Shown here piece by piece: positions 50,460 to 64,000 of a stretch of DNA of 64,000 bases. This stretch comes from Eledone cirrhosa (Eukaryota), in assembly GCA_964016885.1 (NCBI GenBank), contig OZ024742.1, positions 265,732,001-265,796,000 of the forward strand, read 5' to 3'. Within the stretch, counting starts at the first letter, position 1. The number at the start of each line of letters is the position of its first letter. The notes beneath the pieces were generated by a model. That model saw nothing but the letters and a program-made list of their open reading frames with translations. It was not told the origin of the DNA and ran no database searches. The translations under genes were made by a program, and so were the position numbers.

Positions 50460-53400
50460 ACTACTGAGTACAATCCACAACACCTCTACCATATATCCCA
50501 CAACAAACTACTACTACCACCTCTCACCCTCTATGACCACCACTATCATCACAACAAGCAATAACAGCACTACCATCATCATGACCTCACCACAATAGTC
50601 ATAACAGCAGGAACTACCCCATTCAACAATCACCGCTACCACCCCACCACAACAGAAGATATCACCACCATTATCATCATCATCACTTTCATGACCAGTA
50701 TCATCTTCATCACCTCCATCAATACTCAACACAACCACACCAGCAATCACCACAACCAGCAAAACGACAACAGTCATAACCACTACCATCACCACCACCA
50801 TCAGCACTACCATCACTAGTATCATCGCCACTACCATCGCCACTACCATCGCCACTACCATCGCCACTACCATCGCCACAACCATCACCACTACCATCGC
50901 CACTACCATCACCACTACCATCGCCACTACCATCGCCACTACCATCGACACAACCATCACCACTACCATCGCCACTACCATCGCCACTACCATCACCACC
51001 ACCATCACCACTACCATCACCACCACCAACGCCACTACCATCGCCACTACCATCGCCACTACCATCGCCACTACCATCACCACCACCATCACCACTACCA
51101 TCACCACCACCATCACCACCACCATCACCACTACCATCACCACTACCATCACCACTAACATCACCTCTACCATCACCACTACCATCACCACTACCATCGC
51201 CACTACCATCGCCACTACCATCACCACTACCATCACCACCACCACCGTCACCACTACCATCACCACTACTATCACCACTACCGTCACCACTACCATCGCC
51301 ACTAACATCACCACTACCATCGCCACTACCATCACCACAACCATCACCACTACCATCACCACAACCATCACCACTACCATCACCACTACCATCGCCACTA
51401 CCATCACCACAACCATCACCACTACCATCACCACAACCATCACCACTACCATCACCACTACCATCACCACTACCATCACCACTAACATCACCACTACCAT
51501 CATTACAACCATCGCCACTACCATCACCACTACCATCACCACAACCATCGCCACTACCATCACCGTAACCATCACCACTGACATCGCCACTACCATCACC
51601 ACAACCATCGCCAATACTATCACCACTACCATTACTACTACTATCACCACTACCATTACTACTACCATCACCACTACCATCACCACCACCATCACCACAA
51701 CCATCGCCACTACCATCACCACTACCATCAACACTACTGACATCGCCACTACCATCACCACTACCATCACAACTACTATCACCACTACCATTACTACTAC
51801 CATCACCACTACCATCACCACCACCATCACCACTACCATCACCACTACAATCACCACTACAATCACCACTACCATCAACACTATCATCACCAATTCCATC
51901 ACCAATACCATCACCACTACCTTCACCACTACCATCACCACTACCATCACCACTACAATCACCACTACCATCAACACTATCATCACCACTACCATCACCA
52001 CAACCATCGCCACTACCATCACCACTACAATCGCCACTACCTTCACCACTTCCATCACCACAACCATCGCCACTACCATCACAACTATCATCACCACTAC
52101 CATCACCACTACCATCCCAACTACCATCACGACTACCATCACAACTACCATCGCAACTACCATCACCAATACCATCACCACCACCATCACCACTACCATC
52201 ACAACTACCATCCCAACTACCATCACCACCACCATCACCACTACCATCACCACAACCATCGCTCCTACCATCACCACAACCATCACCACTATCATCACCA
52301 CAACCATCGCCATTACCATCACCACTACCATCACCACCTCCATCACGAGTAACATCACCACTACCATCAACACAACCATCGCCAGTACCATCACCACTAC
52401 CATCACCACTACCATCACCACTACCATCACCACTACCATCACTCTATCACCACCACTATCACCACTACCATCACCACTACCATCACCACTACCATCACCA
52501 CTACTATCACCACTACCAGCACCACTACCATCGCCACTACCATCCCCAATACCATTACCACTACCTTCACGACTAGCTTCACCACTACCATCACAACTAC
52601 CATCACCACTACTATCACCACTACCATCACCCCTACCATCGCCACTACCATCGCAACTGCCATCACCACAACGATCACCACTACCAACACCACTACCAAC
52701 ACCACTACCATTCCGACTACCATCACCACCACCATAACCACTACCATCACCACTACTATCACCACTCCCATCACCACTTCCTTCACCACTACCATCACCA
52801 CTACCATCACCACAATCATCGCCACTACCATCACCACTACCTTCACCACCACCATCACCAATACCATCACTACCACAATCATCACTACCATCACCACCGC
52901 CATCGCCACTACCATCAAAACTACCATCCCCACTACCATCACCTAAAACATTGCTACTACCATCGCCGTTACCATCACCACTACCATCACCACAACCATC
53001 ACCACAACGATCACCACTATCATCACCGCAACCATCACCACTACCATCACCACTACCATCGCCACTACCTTCAACACCACCATCGCCACTACCATCGCCA
53101 CTACCATCAACACTACCATCAGCACTACCATCACCAATACCATCACCACTACCATCACCACCACCATCACCACTACCATCACCACTACCATCAGAACTAC
53201 AATCACCACTGCCATAGCCACTATCATCACCACTACCATTACCACTACCATCACCACCACCATCACCACTACCATCACTACTACTAACACCACTACCATC
53301 ACCACTTCTATCATCACTACCATCGCCATACCATCACCACTACCATCACGACCACCATCTTCACTGCCATCACCACTATCAACACCACTACCATCGCCAC

Positions 53401-56400
53401 AAGCATAAACACTACCATCACCACAACCATCACCACTACCATCACCACTACCATCAACACCACCATCATCACTGCCATCACCACTACCTTAACTACTACC
53501 ATCACCACTACCATCACCACTACCATCAACACCACCATCATCACTGCCATCACCACTACCTTAACTACTACCATCACCACTACCATCACCACTACCATCA
53601 CCACTACCATCAGCCTAACCATCCCCGCTACCATCACCACCTACCATCACCACTACCATCACAACTACCATCACCACTACCATCACCACTACCATCAAAA
53701 CTATCATCACCTTTACAATCGACTCTACCATCACCACTACCATCACCTCAACCATCACCACAACCGTTACCACTACAATCACGACTACCATCGCCACTAC
53801 CATCGCCACTACTATTACCACTACCATTACCCCTACCATCACCACTACCATTACCACTACCATCACCACTACCATCACCACTACCATCACCACTACCATC
53901 ACCACTACAATCACCACTACCATCACCACTACCATCACCATTACCATCACTACTACCTTCAACATTACCATCAACACTACCATCGCCACTACCATCCCAA
54001 CTACCATTACCACTACCTTCAAGACTACCTTCACCAATACCATCGCCACAACCATCGCCACTACCATCAACACCACCATCACCACTACCCTTGCCACTAC
54101 CATCGCCACTTCCACCACCACTACAATTCCCTCTAAGATCACTACCACCATCACCACTACCATCACTACTACCATCACCACTACCATCACCACTACAATC
54201 ACCACTACTATCACTACTACCTTCAACATTACCATGACCACTACCATCGCCACTACAATCCTCAGTACCATTACCACTACCTTTACGACTACCTTCACCA
54301 CTACCATCACCACTAACATCACCACTATCATCACCACTACCATCACCACCACCATCACCACTACCATCGCCACTACAATTCCCAATACCATCACCACCAC
54401 CATCACCACTTCCATCACCACTACCATCACCACTACCATCACCACTACTATCACCACTACCATCACCACTTCTATCATCAATACCATCGCCACTGCCATC
54501 ACCACTACCATCACCACCACCATCATCACTGCCATCACCACTACCATCACCACTACCATCATTACTGCCATCGCTACTACCATCACCACTACCATCACCA
54601 CTACCAACACCACTAGCATCGCCACTACCATCGCCACTACCATCACCACTACCATCACCACAACCATCGCCACTACCATCAACACTACCATGACCACTAC
54701 CATCACCACTACCATCACCACTACCATTACTACTACCATCACCACTACCATCACCACTACCTTCACCACTACCATCACCACTACCATCACCACTACCTTC
54801 ACCACTACCATCACCACTACCATCACCACTAACATCACCACTACCATTGCCACTACCATCACCTCTACCATCACCACAATAATCACCACAACCATCACTA
54901 CTACCATCACCACTACCATCACCACAACCATCACCACTACCATCACCACTACCATCACCACTACCATCACTACTACCATCGCCACTACCATCACCACTAC
55001 CATTGCCACTACCATCACCACTACCATCACCTCTACCATCACCTCTACCATCACCACAATAATCACCACAACCATCACTACTACCATCACCACTACCATC
55101 ACCACTACCATCACCCCTACCATCGCCACTACCATCGTCACTACCATCACCACGACCATCACCACAACCATCACCACTACCCTCACCACAACCATCACCA
55201 CTACCAACACCACCTTCATTATCACTGCCATCACCACTACCATCACCACTAACATCGCCACTACCATCACCACTACCATCACCACAACCATCGCCACTAC
55301 CACCAACAATACCATCGCCTCTACCCCCTCCCCTACCATCACCACCTTCCATCACAACTACCATCAATACTACCATCACCACTACCATCACCACTACCAT
55401 CACCACTACCATCACCACTACCATCACCACTACCATTGCCACTACCATCACCTCTACCTTCGCCACTACCATCACCACTACCATCACCACTAGCATCCCC
55501 ACTACCATCACCACAACCATCACCACTACCATCACCACTACAATCGCCACTACCATCGCCACTACCATCACCACTACAATCGACTCTACCATCACGACTA
55601 CCATCGCCACTACCATCGCCACTACCATCACCACCACCATCATCACTGCCATCACCACTAACATCACCACTACCATCACTACTACCATCGCTACTACCAT
55701 CACCACTACCATCACCACTACCATCACCACTACCATCACCACTACCATCACCTCTACCATCACCACAATAATCACCACAACCATCACCACTACCATCACC
55801 ACTACCATCACCACTACCGTCACTACTACCATCACCACTACCATCACCACTACCATCAGCACTACCATCGCCACTACCATCGCCACTACCATCACCACGA
55901 CCATCAGCAAAACCATCACCACAACCATCACCACTACCATCAACACTACCATCACCACTACCACCACCACTACCGTCACCACTACCATCGCCACGACAAT
56001 TACCACTACCATCAAGACTACCATCACCACTATAATCGCCACTACCATCACCACTATAATCGACGCTACCACCACCACTACCGTCACCACTACCATCACC
56101 ACTACCATTACCACTACCATCAAGACTACCATCACCACTATAATCGCCACTACCATCACGACTACCATCACCACTACAAGCACCACTACAATCACCACTA
56201 CCATCACCACTACCATCACTACTATCATCGCCACTACCATCACCACTACCATCACCACTACCATCACCACTACCATCACCACTACCATCACCACTACCAT
56301 CACACCACCATCATCACCACTACCATCACCACTACCAGCACCACTACAATCACCACTACCATCACCACTACCATCACTACTACCATCGCCAATACCATCA

Positions 56401-59400
56401 CCACTACCATCACCACTACCATCACCACAAGAATAACCCTAACCATCCCCCCAACCATCACTACCTTCCATCACAACTACCATCACCACAACCATCACCA
56501 CTAGCATCGCCACTACCATCGCCACTACCATCACCACTACCATCACCACAACCACCGCCACTACCATCACCACTACCATCACCACTACCATCACCACTAC
56601 CATTACTACTACCATCGCTACTACCATCACCACTACCATCACCACTACCATCACCACTACCATCACCACTACCATCACCACTACCTTCACCACTACAATC
56701 GCCACAAACATCGCCACTACCATCATCACCACCATTACCACTACCATCACCACTACCATCAAGACTACCATCACCACTACAATCGCCACTACCATCGCTA
56801 CTGCCATCACCACTACCATCACCACTACCATCACCACTACCATCACCACTACCATCACCACTACCATCAAGACTACCATCACCACTACAATCTCCACTAC
56901 CATCGCCACTACCATCACCACCACCATCACCACTACCATCACCACTACCATCACCACTACCATCACCACTACCATCACCACTACCATCAAGACTACCATC
57001 ACCACTACCATCACCACTACCATCACCACTACAATCGACTCTACCATCACCACAACCATCACCACTACCATCACCACTACCATCACCACTACCATCACCA
57101 CTACCATCACGACTACCATCGCCACTACCATTGCCACTACTATTACCACTACCTTCACCACTACAATCACCACTACCATCGCCAATACCATCGCCACTAC
57201 CATCACCACCACCATCACCACTGCCATCACCACTACCATCACCACTACCATCGCCACTACAATCACCACTACAATCACCACTACCATCGCCACTACCATC
57301 ACCACTACCATCGCCACTACCATCACCATTACCATCGCCACTACCATGACCACTACCATGACCACTACCATCACCACCACCATCACCACTACCATCACCA
57401 CAACCATCACCACAACCATCATCACTGCCATCACCACTACCATCAACACTGCCATCACCACCACCATCACCACTACCATCACCACAACCATCGCCACAAC
57501 CATCACCACTACCTTCACCACTACCATCACCACTACCATCACAACCACCTTCTCCACCACCATCACCAAAACCATCGCCACTACCATGGCCACTACCATC
57601 ACCACCACCTTCACCACCACCATCACCACTACCATCGCCACTACCATCGCCACTACCATCGACACTACCATCACCACTACCATCACACCACCATCATCAC
57701 CACTACCATCACCACTACCAGCACCACTACAATCACCACTACCATCACCACTACCATCACTACTACCATCGCCACTACCATCACCACTACCATCACCACT
57801 ACCATCACCACTACCATCACCACTACCATCACCACTACCATCACCACTACCATCACATCACCATCATCACCACTACCATCACCACTACCAGCACCACTAC
57901 AATCACCACTACCATCACCACTACCATCACTACTACCATCGCCACTACCATCACCACTACCATCATCACTACCATCACCACTACCATCACCACTACCATC
58001 ACCACTACCCTCACCACTACCATCACCACTGCCAGCACCACTACAATCACCACTACCATCACCACTACCATCACCACTACCATCACCACTACCATCACTA
58101 CTACCATCGACACTACCATCACCACTACCATCACCACTACCATCGCCACTACCATCACTACAACCATCACCACTACCATCACCACTACCATCACCACTAT
58201 CATCACTACCACCATTATCACTGCAATCACCGCTACCATCATCACTACCATCACCACCACCATCATCACTGCCATCACCACTACCATCACCATTACCAGC
58301 ACCACTACCATCACCACTACTATCATCACTACCATCGCCACTACCATCACCACAACCATCACCACTACCATCACCACTACCATCACCACTACAATCGCTA
58401 CTACCATCGCCACTACCATCACCACTACCATCACCACTAGCATCACCACAACCATCACCACTACCATCACCACTACCATCACCACTACCATCGCCCCGAC
58501 CATTACCACTACCATCACCACTACCATCACCACAACCATCGGCACAACCATCGCCACTACCATCACCACCACCATCTCCACTACCATCACCACTACCTTA
58601 ACACTACAATCACTACTACCATCACCACTACCATCAACACTACCATCAGCACTACCATCACCACTACCATCACCACTTCTATCATCACTAGCATCGTCAC
58701 TACCATCACCACTACCATCACCACCACCATCATCACTGCCATCACCACTACCATCACCAGTACCATCACCACTACCATCACCACTACCATCACCACTTCT
58801 ATCATCACTACCATCGCCACTACCATCACCACTACCATCACCACCACCATCACCACTTCTATCATCACTAACATCGCCACTACCATCACAACTACCATCA
58901 CCACTACCATCACCACTTCTATCATCACTACCATCGCCACTACCATCACCACTACCATCACCACTACCATCACCACTACCATCGCCACTACCATCGCCAC
59001 TACCATCACCACGACCATCACCACAGCCATCACCACTACCATCACCACTACCATCACTACAACCATCACCACTACCATTCACCACTACTATCACCACAAC
59101 CATCACCACTACTATCGCCACTACCATCGCCACTACCATCACCACAACCATCACCAAGACCATCACCACAGCCATCACCACTACCATCACCACTACCATC
59201 ACTACAACCATCACCACTACCATTCACCACTACCATCACCACTACCATCACTACTACCATCGCCCCTACCATCACCACTACCATTGCCACTACCATCACC
59301 TCTACCATCACCTCTACTATCACCACAATAATCACCACAACCATCACCACTACCATCACCACTACCATCACGACTACCATCGCCACTACTATCGCCACTA

Positions 59401-62400
59401 CTATCGCCACGACCATTACCACTACCATCACAAGTACCATCACCACAACCATCACCACTACTGTCGCAACTACCATCACCACTACCATCTCCACTACCAT
59501 CACCAATAACTTAACTACTACCTTCACCACTACCATCACCACAAGAATCACCCTAACCATCCCCGCTACCATCACTACCTTCCATCACAACTACCATCAC
59601 CACTACCATCACCACTACCATCAACACTAGCATCGCCACTACCATCGCCACTACCATCACCACTACCATCACCACAACCACCGCCACTACCATCACCACT
59701 ACCATCACCACTGCCATCACCACTACCATTACTACTACCATCGCTACTACCATCACCACTACCATCACCACTACCATCACCACTACCATCACCACTACCA
59801 TCACCACTACCATCACCACTACCATCACCACTACAATCGCCATAACCATCGCCACTACCATCATCACCACCATTACCACTACCATCACCACTACCATCAA
59901 GACTACCATCACCACTACAATCGCCACTACCATCGCTACTACCATCACCAGTACCATCACCACTACCATCACCACTACCATCACCACTACCATCACCACT
60001 ACCATCAAGACTACCATCACCACTACAATCGCCACTACCATCGCCACTACCATCACCACCACCATCACCACTGCCATCACCACTACCATCACCACTACCA
60101 TCACCACTACCATCACCACTACCATCACCACTCCCATCACCACTACCATCACCACTACAATCGACTCTACCATCACCACAACCATCACCACTACCATCAC
60201 CACTACCATCACCACTACCATCACCACTACCATCACCACTACCATCACGACTACCATCGCCACTACCATCGCCACTACTATTACCACTACCTTCACCACT
60301 ACAATCACCACTACCATCGCCAATACCATCGCCACTACCATCACCACCACCATCACCACTGCCATCACCACTACCATCACCACTACCATCGCCACTACCA
60401 TCACCACTACCATCACCACTACCATCGCCACTACCATCACCACTACCATCGCCACTACCATCACCATTACCATCGCCACTACCATCACCACTACCATGAC
60501 CACTATATCACCACTACCATCACCACTACCATCACCACAACCATCACCACAACCATCATCACTGCCATCACCACTACCATCACCACTGCCATCATCACCA
60601 CCATCACCACTACCATCACCACAACCATCGCCGCAACCATCACCACTACCTTCACCACTACCATCACCACTACCATCACCACCACCTTCTCCACCACCAT
60701 CACCAAAACCATCGCCACTACCATCGCCACTACCATCACCACCACCTTCACCACCACCATCACCACTACCATCGCCACTACCATCGCCACTACCATCGAC
60801 ACTACCATCCCCACTACCATCACACCACCATCATCACCACTACCATCACCACTACCAGCACCACTACAATCACCACTACCATCACCACTACCATCACTAC
60901 TACCAACGCCACTACCATCACCACTACCATCACCACTACCATCACCACTACCATCACCACTACCATCACCACTACCATCACCACTACCATCACCACTACC
61001 ATCACCACTACCATCACCTCTACCATCACCACTACCATCACCACTACCATCACCACTACCATTACTACTACCATCGCAACTACCATCACCACTACCATCA
61101 CCAATACCATCACCACTACCATCACCACTACCATCGCCACTACCATCACCACTACAATCGACTCTACCATCACCACTACCATCACCACAACCATCACCAC
61201 TACCATAAACACTACCATCACGACTACCATCGTCACTACCAACGCCACTACTATTACCATTACCATCGCGACGACCATTACCACTACCATCACCACTACC
61301 ATTACCACTATCATCACCATTACCATTACCACTACCATCACCACTACCATCACCACAACCATCGGCACAACCATCGCCTATACCATCACCACTACAATCA
61401 CCACTACCATCACCACTACTATCACCACTACCATCAGAACTACAATCACCACTGCCATAGCCACTATCATCACCACTACCATTACCACTACCATCACCAC
61501 CACCATCACCACTACCATCACTACTACTAACACCACTACCATCACCACTTCTATCATCACTACCATCGCCATACCATCACCACTACCATCACGACCACCA
61601 TCTTCACTGCCATCACCACTATCAACACCACTACCATCGCCACAAGCATAAACACTACCATCACCACAACCATCACCACTACCATCACCACTACCATCAA
61701 CACCACCATCATCACTGCCATCACCACTACCTTAACTACTACCATCACCACTACCATCACAACTACCATCACCACTACCATCACCACTACCATCAAAACT
61801 ATCATCACCTTTACAATCGACTCTACCATCACCACTACCATCACCTCAACCATCACCACTACCATTACCACTACAATCACGACTACCATCGCCACTACCA
61901 TCGCCACTACTATTACCACTACCATTACCCCTACCATCACCACTACCATTACCACTACCATCACCACTACCATCACCACTACCATCACCACTACAATCAC
62001 CACTACCATCACCACTACCATCACCATTACCATCACTACTACCTTCAACATTACCATCAACACTACCATCGCCACTACCATCCCAACTACCATTACCACT
62101 ACCTTCAAGACTACCTTCACCAATACCATCGCCACAACCATCGCCACTACCATCAACACCACCATCACCACTACCCTTGCCACTACCATCGCCACTTCCA
62201 CCACCACTACAATTCCCTCTAAGATCACCACCACCATCACCACTACCATCACTACTACCATCACCACTACCATCACCACTACAATCACCACTACTATCAC
62301 TACTACCTTCAACATTACCATGACCACTACCATCGCCACTACAATCCTCAGTACCATTACCACTACCTTTACGACTACCTTCACCACTACCATCACCACT

Positions 62401-64000
62401 AACATCACCACTATCATCACCACTACCATCACCACCACCATCACCACTACCATCGCCACTACAATTCCCAATACCATCACCACCACCATCACCACTTCCA
62501 TCACCACTACCATCACCACTACCATCACCACTACTATCACCACTACCATCACCACTTCTATCATCAATACCATCGCCACTGCCATCACCACTACCATCAC
62601 CACCACCATCATCACTGCCATCACCACTACCATCACCACTACCATCATTACTGCCATCGCTACTACCATCACCACTACCATCACCACTACCAACACCACT
62701 AGCATCGCCACTACCATCGCCACTACCATCACCACTACCATCACCACAACCATCGCCACTACCATCAACACTACCATGACCACTACCATCACCACTACCA
62801 TCACCACTACCATTACTACTACCATCACCACTACCATCACCACTACCTTCACCACTACCATCACCACTACCATCACCACTACCTTCACCACTACCATCAC
62901 CACTACCATCACCACTAACATCACCACTACCATTGCCACTACCATCACCACTACCATCACCACTACCATCACCACTACCATCACTACTACCATCGCCACT
63001 ACCATCACCACTACCATTGCCACTACCATCACCTCTACCATCACCTCTACCATCACCACAATAATCACCACAACCATCACTACTACCATCACCACTACCA
63101 TCACCACTACCATCACCCCTACCATCGCCACTACCATCGTCACTACCATCACCACGACCATCACCACAACCATCACCACTACCCTCACCACAACCATCAC
63201 CACTACCAACACCACCTTCATTATCACTGCCATCACCACTACCATCACCACTAACATCGCCACTACCATCACCACTACCATCACCACAACCATCGCCACT
63301 ACCACCAACAATACCATCGCCTCTACCCCCTCCCCTACCATCACCACTAACTTAAATACTACCATCACCACTATCATCACCACTACCATCGCCACTACCA
63401 TTGCCACTACCATCACCCCTACCATCACCGCTACCATCACCACAATAATCACCACAACCATCACCGCTACCATCACCACTACCATCACCACTACCATCAC
63501 TACTACCATTGCCACTACCATCACCTCTAACATCACCAAAAAATTCACCCTAACCATCCCCGCTACCATCACCACCTTCCATCACAACTACCATCAATAC
63601 TACCATCACCACTACCATCACCACTACCATCACCACTACCATCACCACTACCATCACCACTACCATTGCCACTACCATCACCTCTACCTTCGCCACTACC
63701 ATCACCACTACCATCACCACTAGCATCCCCACTACCATCACCACAACCATCACCACTACCATCACCACTACAATCGCCACTACCATCGCCACTACCATCA
63801 CCACTACAATCGACTCTACCATCACGACTACCATCGCCACTACCATCGCCACTACCATCACCACCACCATCATCACTGCCATCACCACTAACATCACCAC
63901 TACCATCACTACTACCATCGCTACTACCATCACCACTACCATCACCACTACCATCACCACTACCATCACCACTACCATCACCTCTACCATCACCACAATA
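50460..64000. repeat. (ACCACTACCATC)n 12-bp satellite array, >13 kb, with higher-order duplications
   Basis: Direct reading; degenerate triplet repeat 50460-50780 grades into homogeneous 12-mers; runs off window end. Confidence 0.97.

Noticed and set aside
50514-63996. Long ORFs (VVVM, TTTI mucin-like, PSPL, HHHY, GDGS)
   Set aside because: Stop-poor 12-bp satellite; frequent frameshifts are copied faithfully in the higher-order duplicates; no non-repetitive domain or signal peptide

Overview
Eukaryotic, AT-rich, repeat-saturated DNA with no convincing host gene. The SINE types and the huge (TA)n/(TG)n/(GATA)n load suggest a cephalopod, probably octopus (inference). From 1 to ~50 kb it is a mosaic of retroelements parked in microsatellites. 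Penelope-like elements (PLEs; Naiad-, Nematis- and Neptune-like GIY-YIG/RT fragments) sit in (TA)n. A Dong/R4-type RLE LINE, a Tx1 LINE and tRNA-derived SINEs sit in (TTA)n, and a second Tx1 LINE sits in (GATA)n. Old RTE and CRE remnants are also present. The main unexplained structure is a dense population of minimal type I hammerhead ribozymes (about 16 well formed and about 12 degenerate or variant, read by eye). They are carried by PLE termini and by short ORF-less fold-back elements that mostly share one architecture: an inverted copy ending at an internal TA, and a true 3' end with a 65-135 nt extra tail. One of these (10263-10868) has a 457-nt direct-repeat period, as expected for a retrozyme-like/circular RNA unit. 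From ~50.5 kb to the end is a 12-bp (ACCACTACCATC)n satellite with ~8.2 kb and ~3.1 kb higher-order duplications. Its long V/M, TTTI, PSPL and HHHY ORFs are most likely artefacts.
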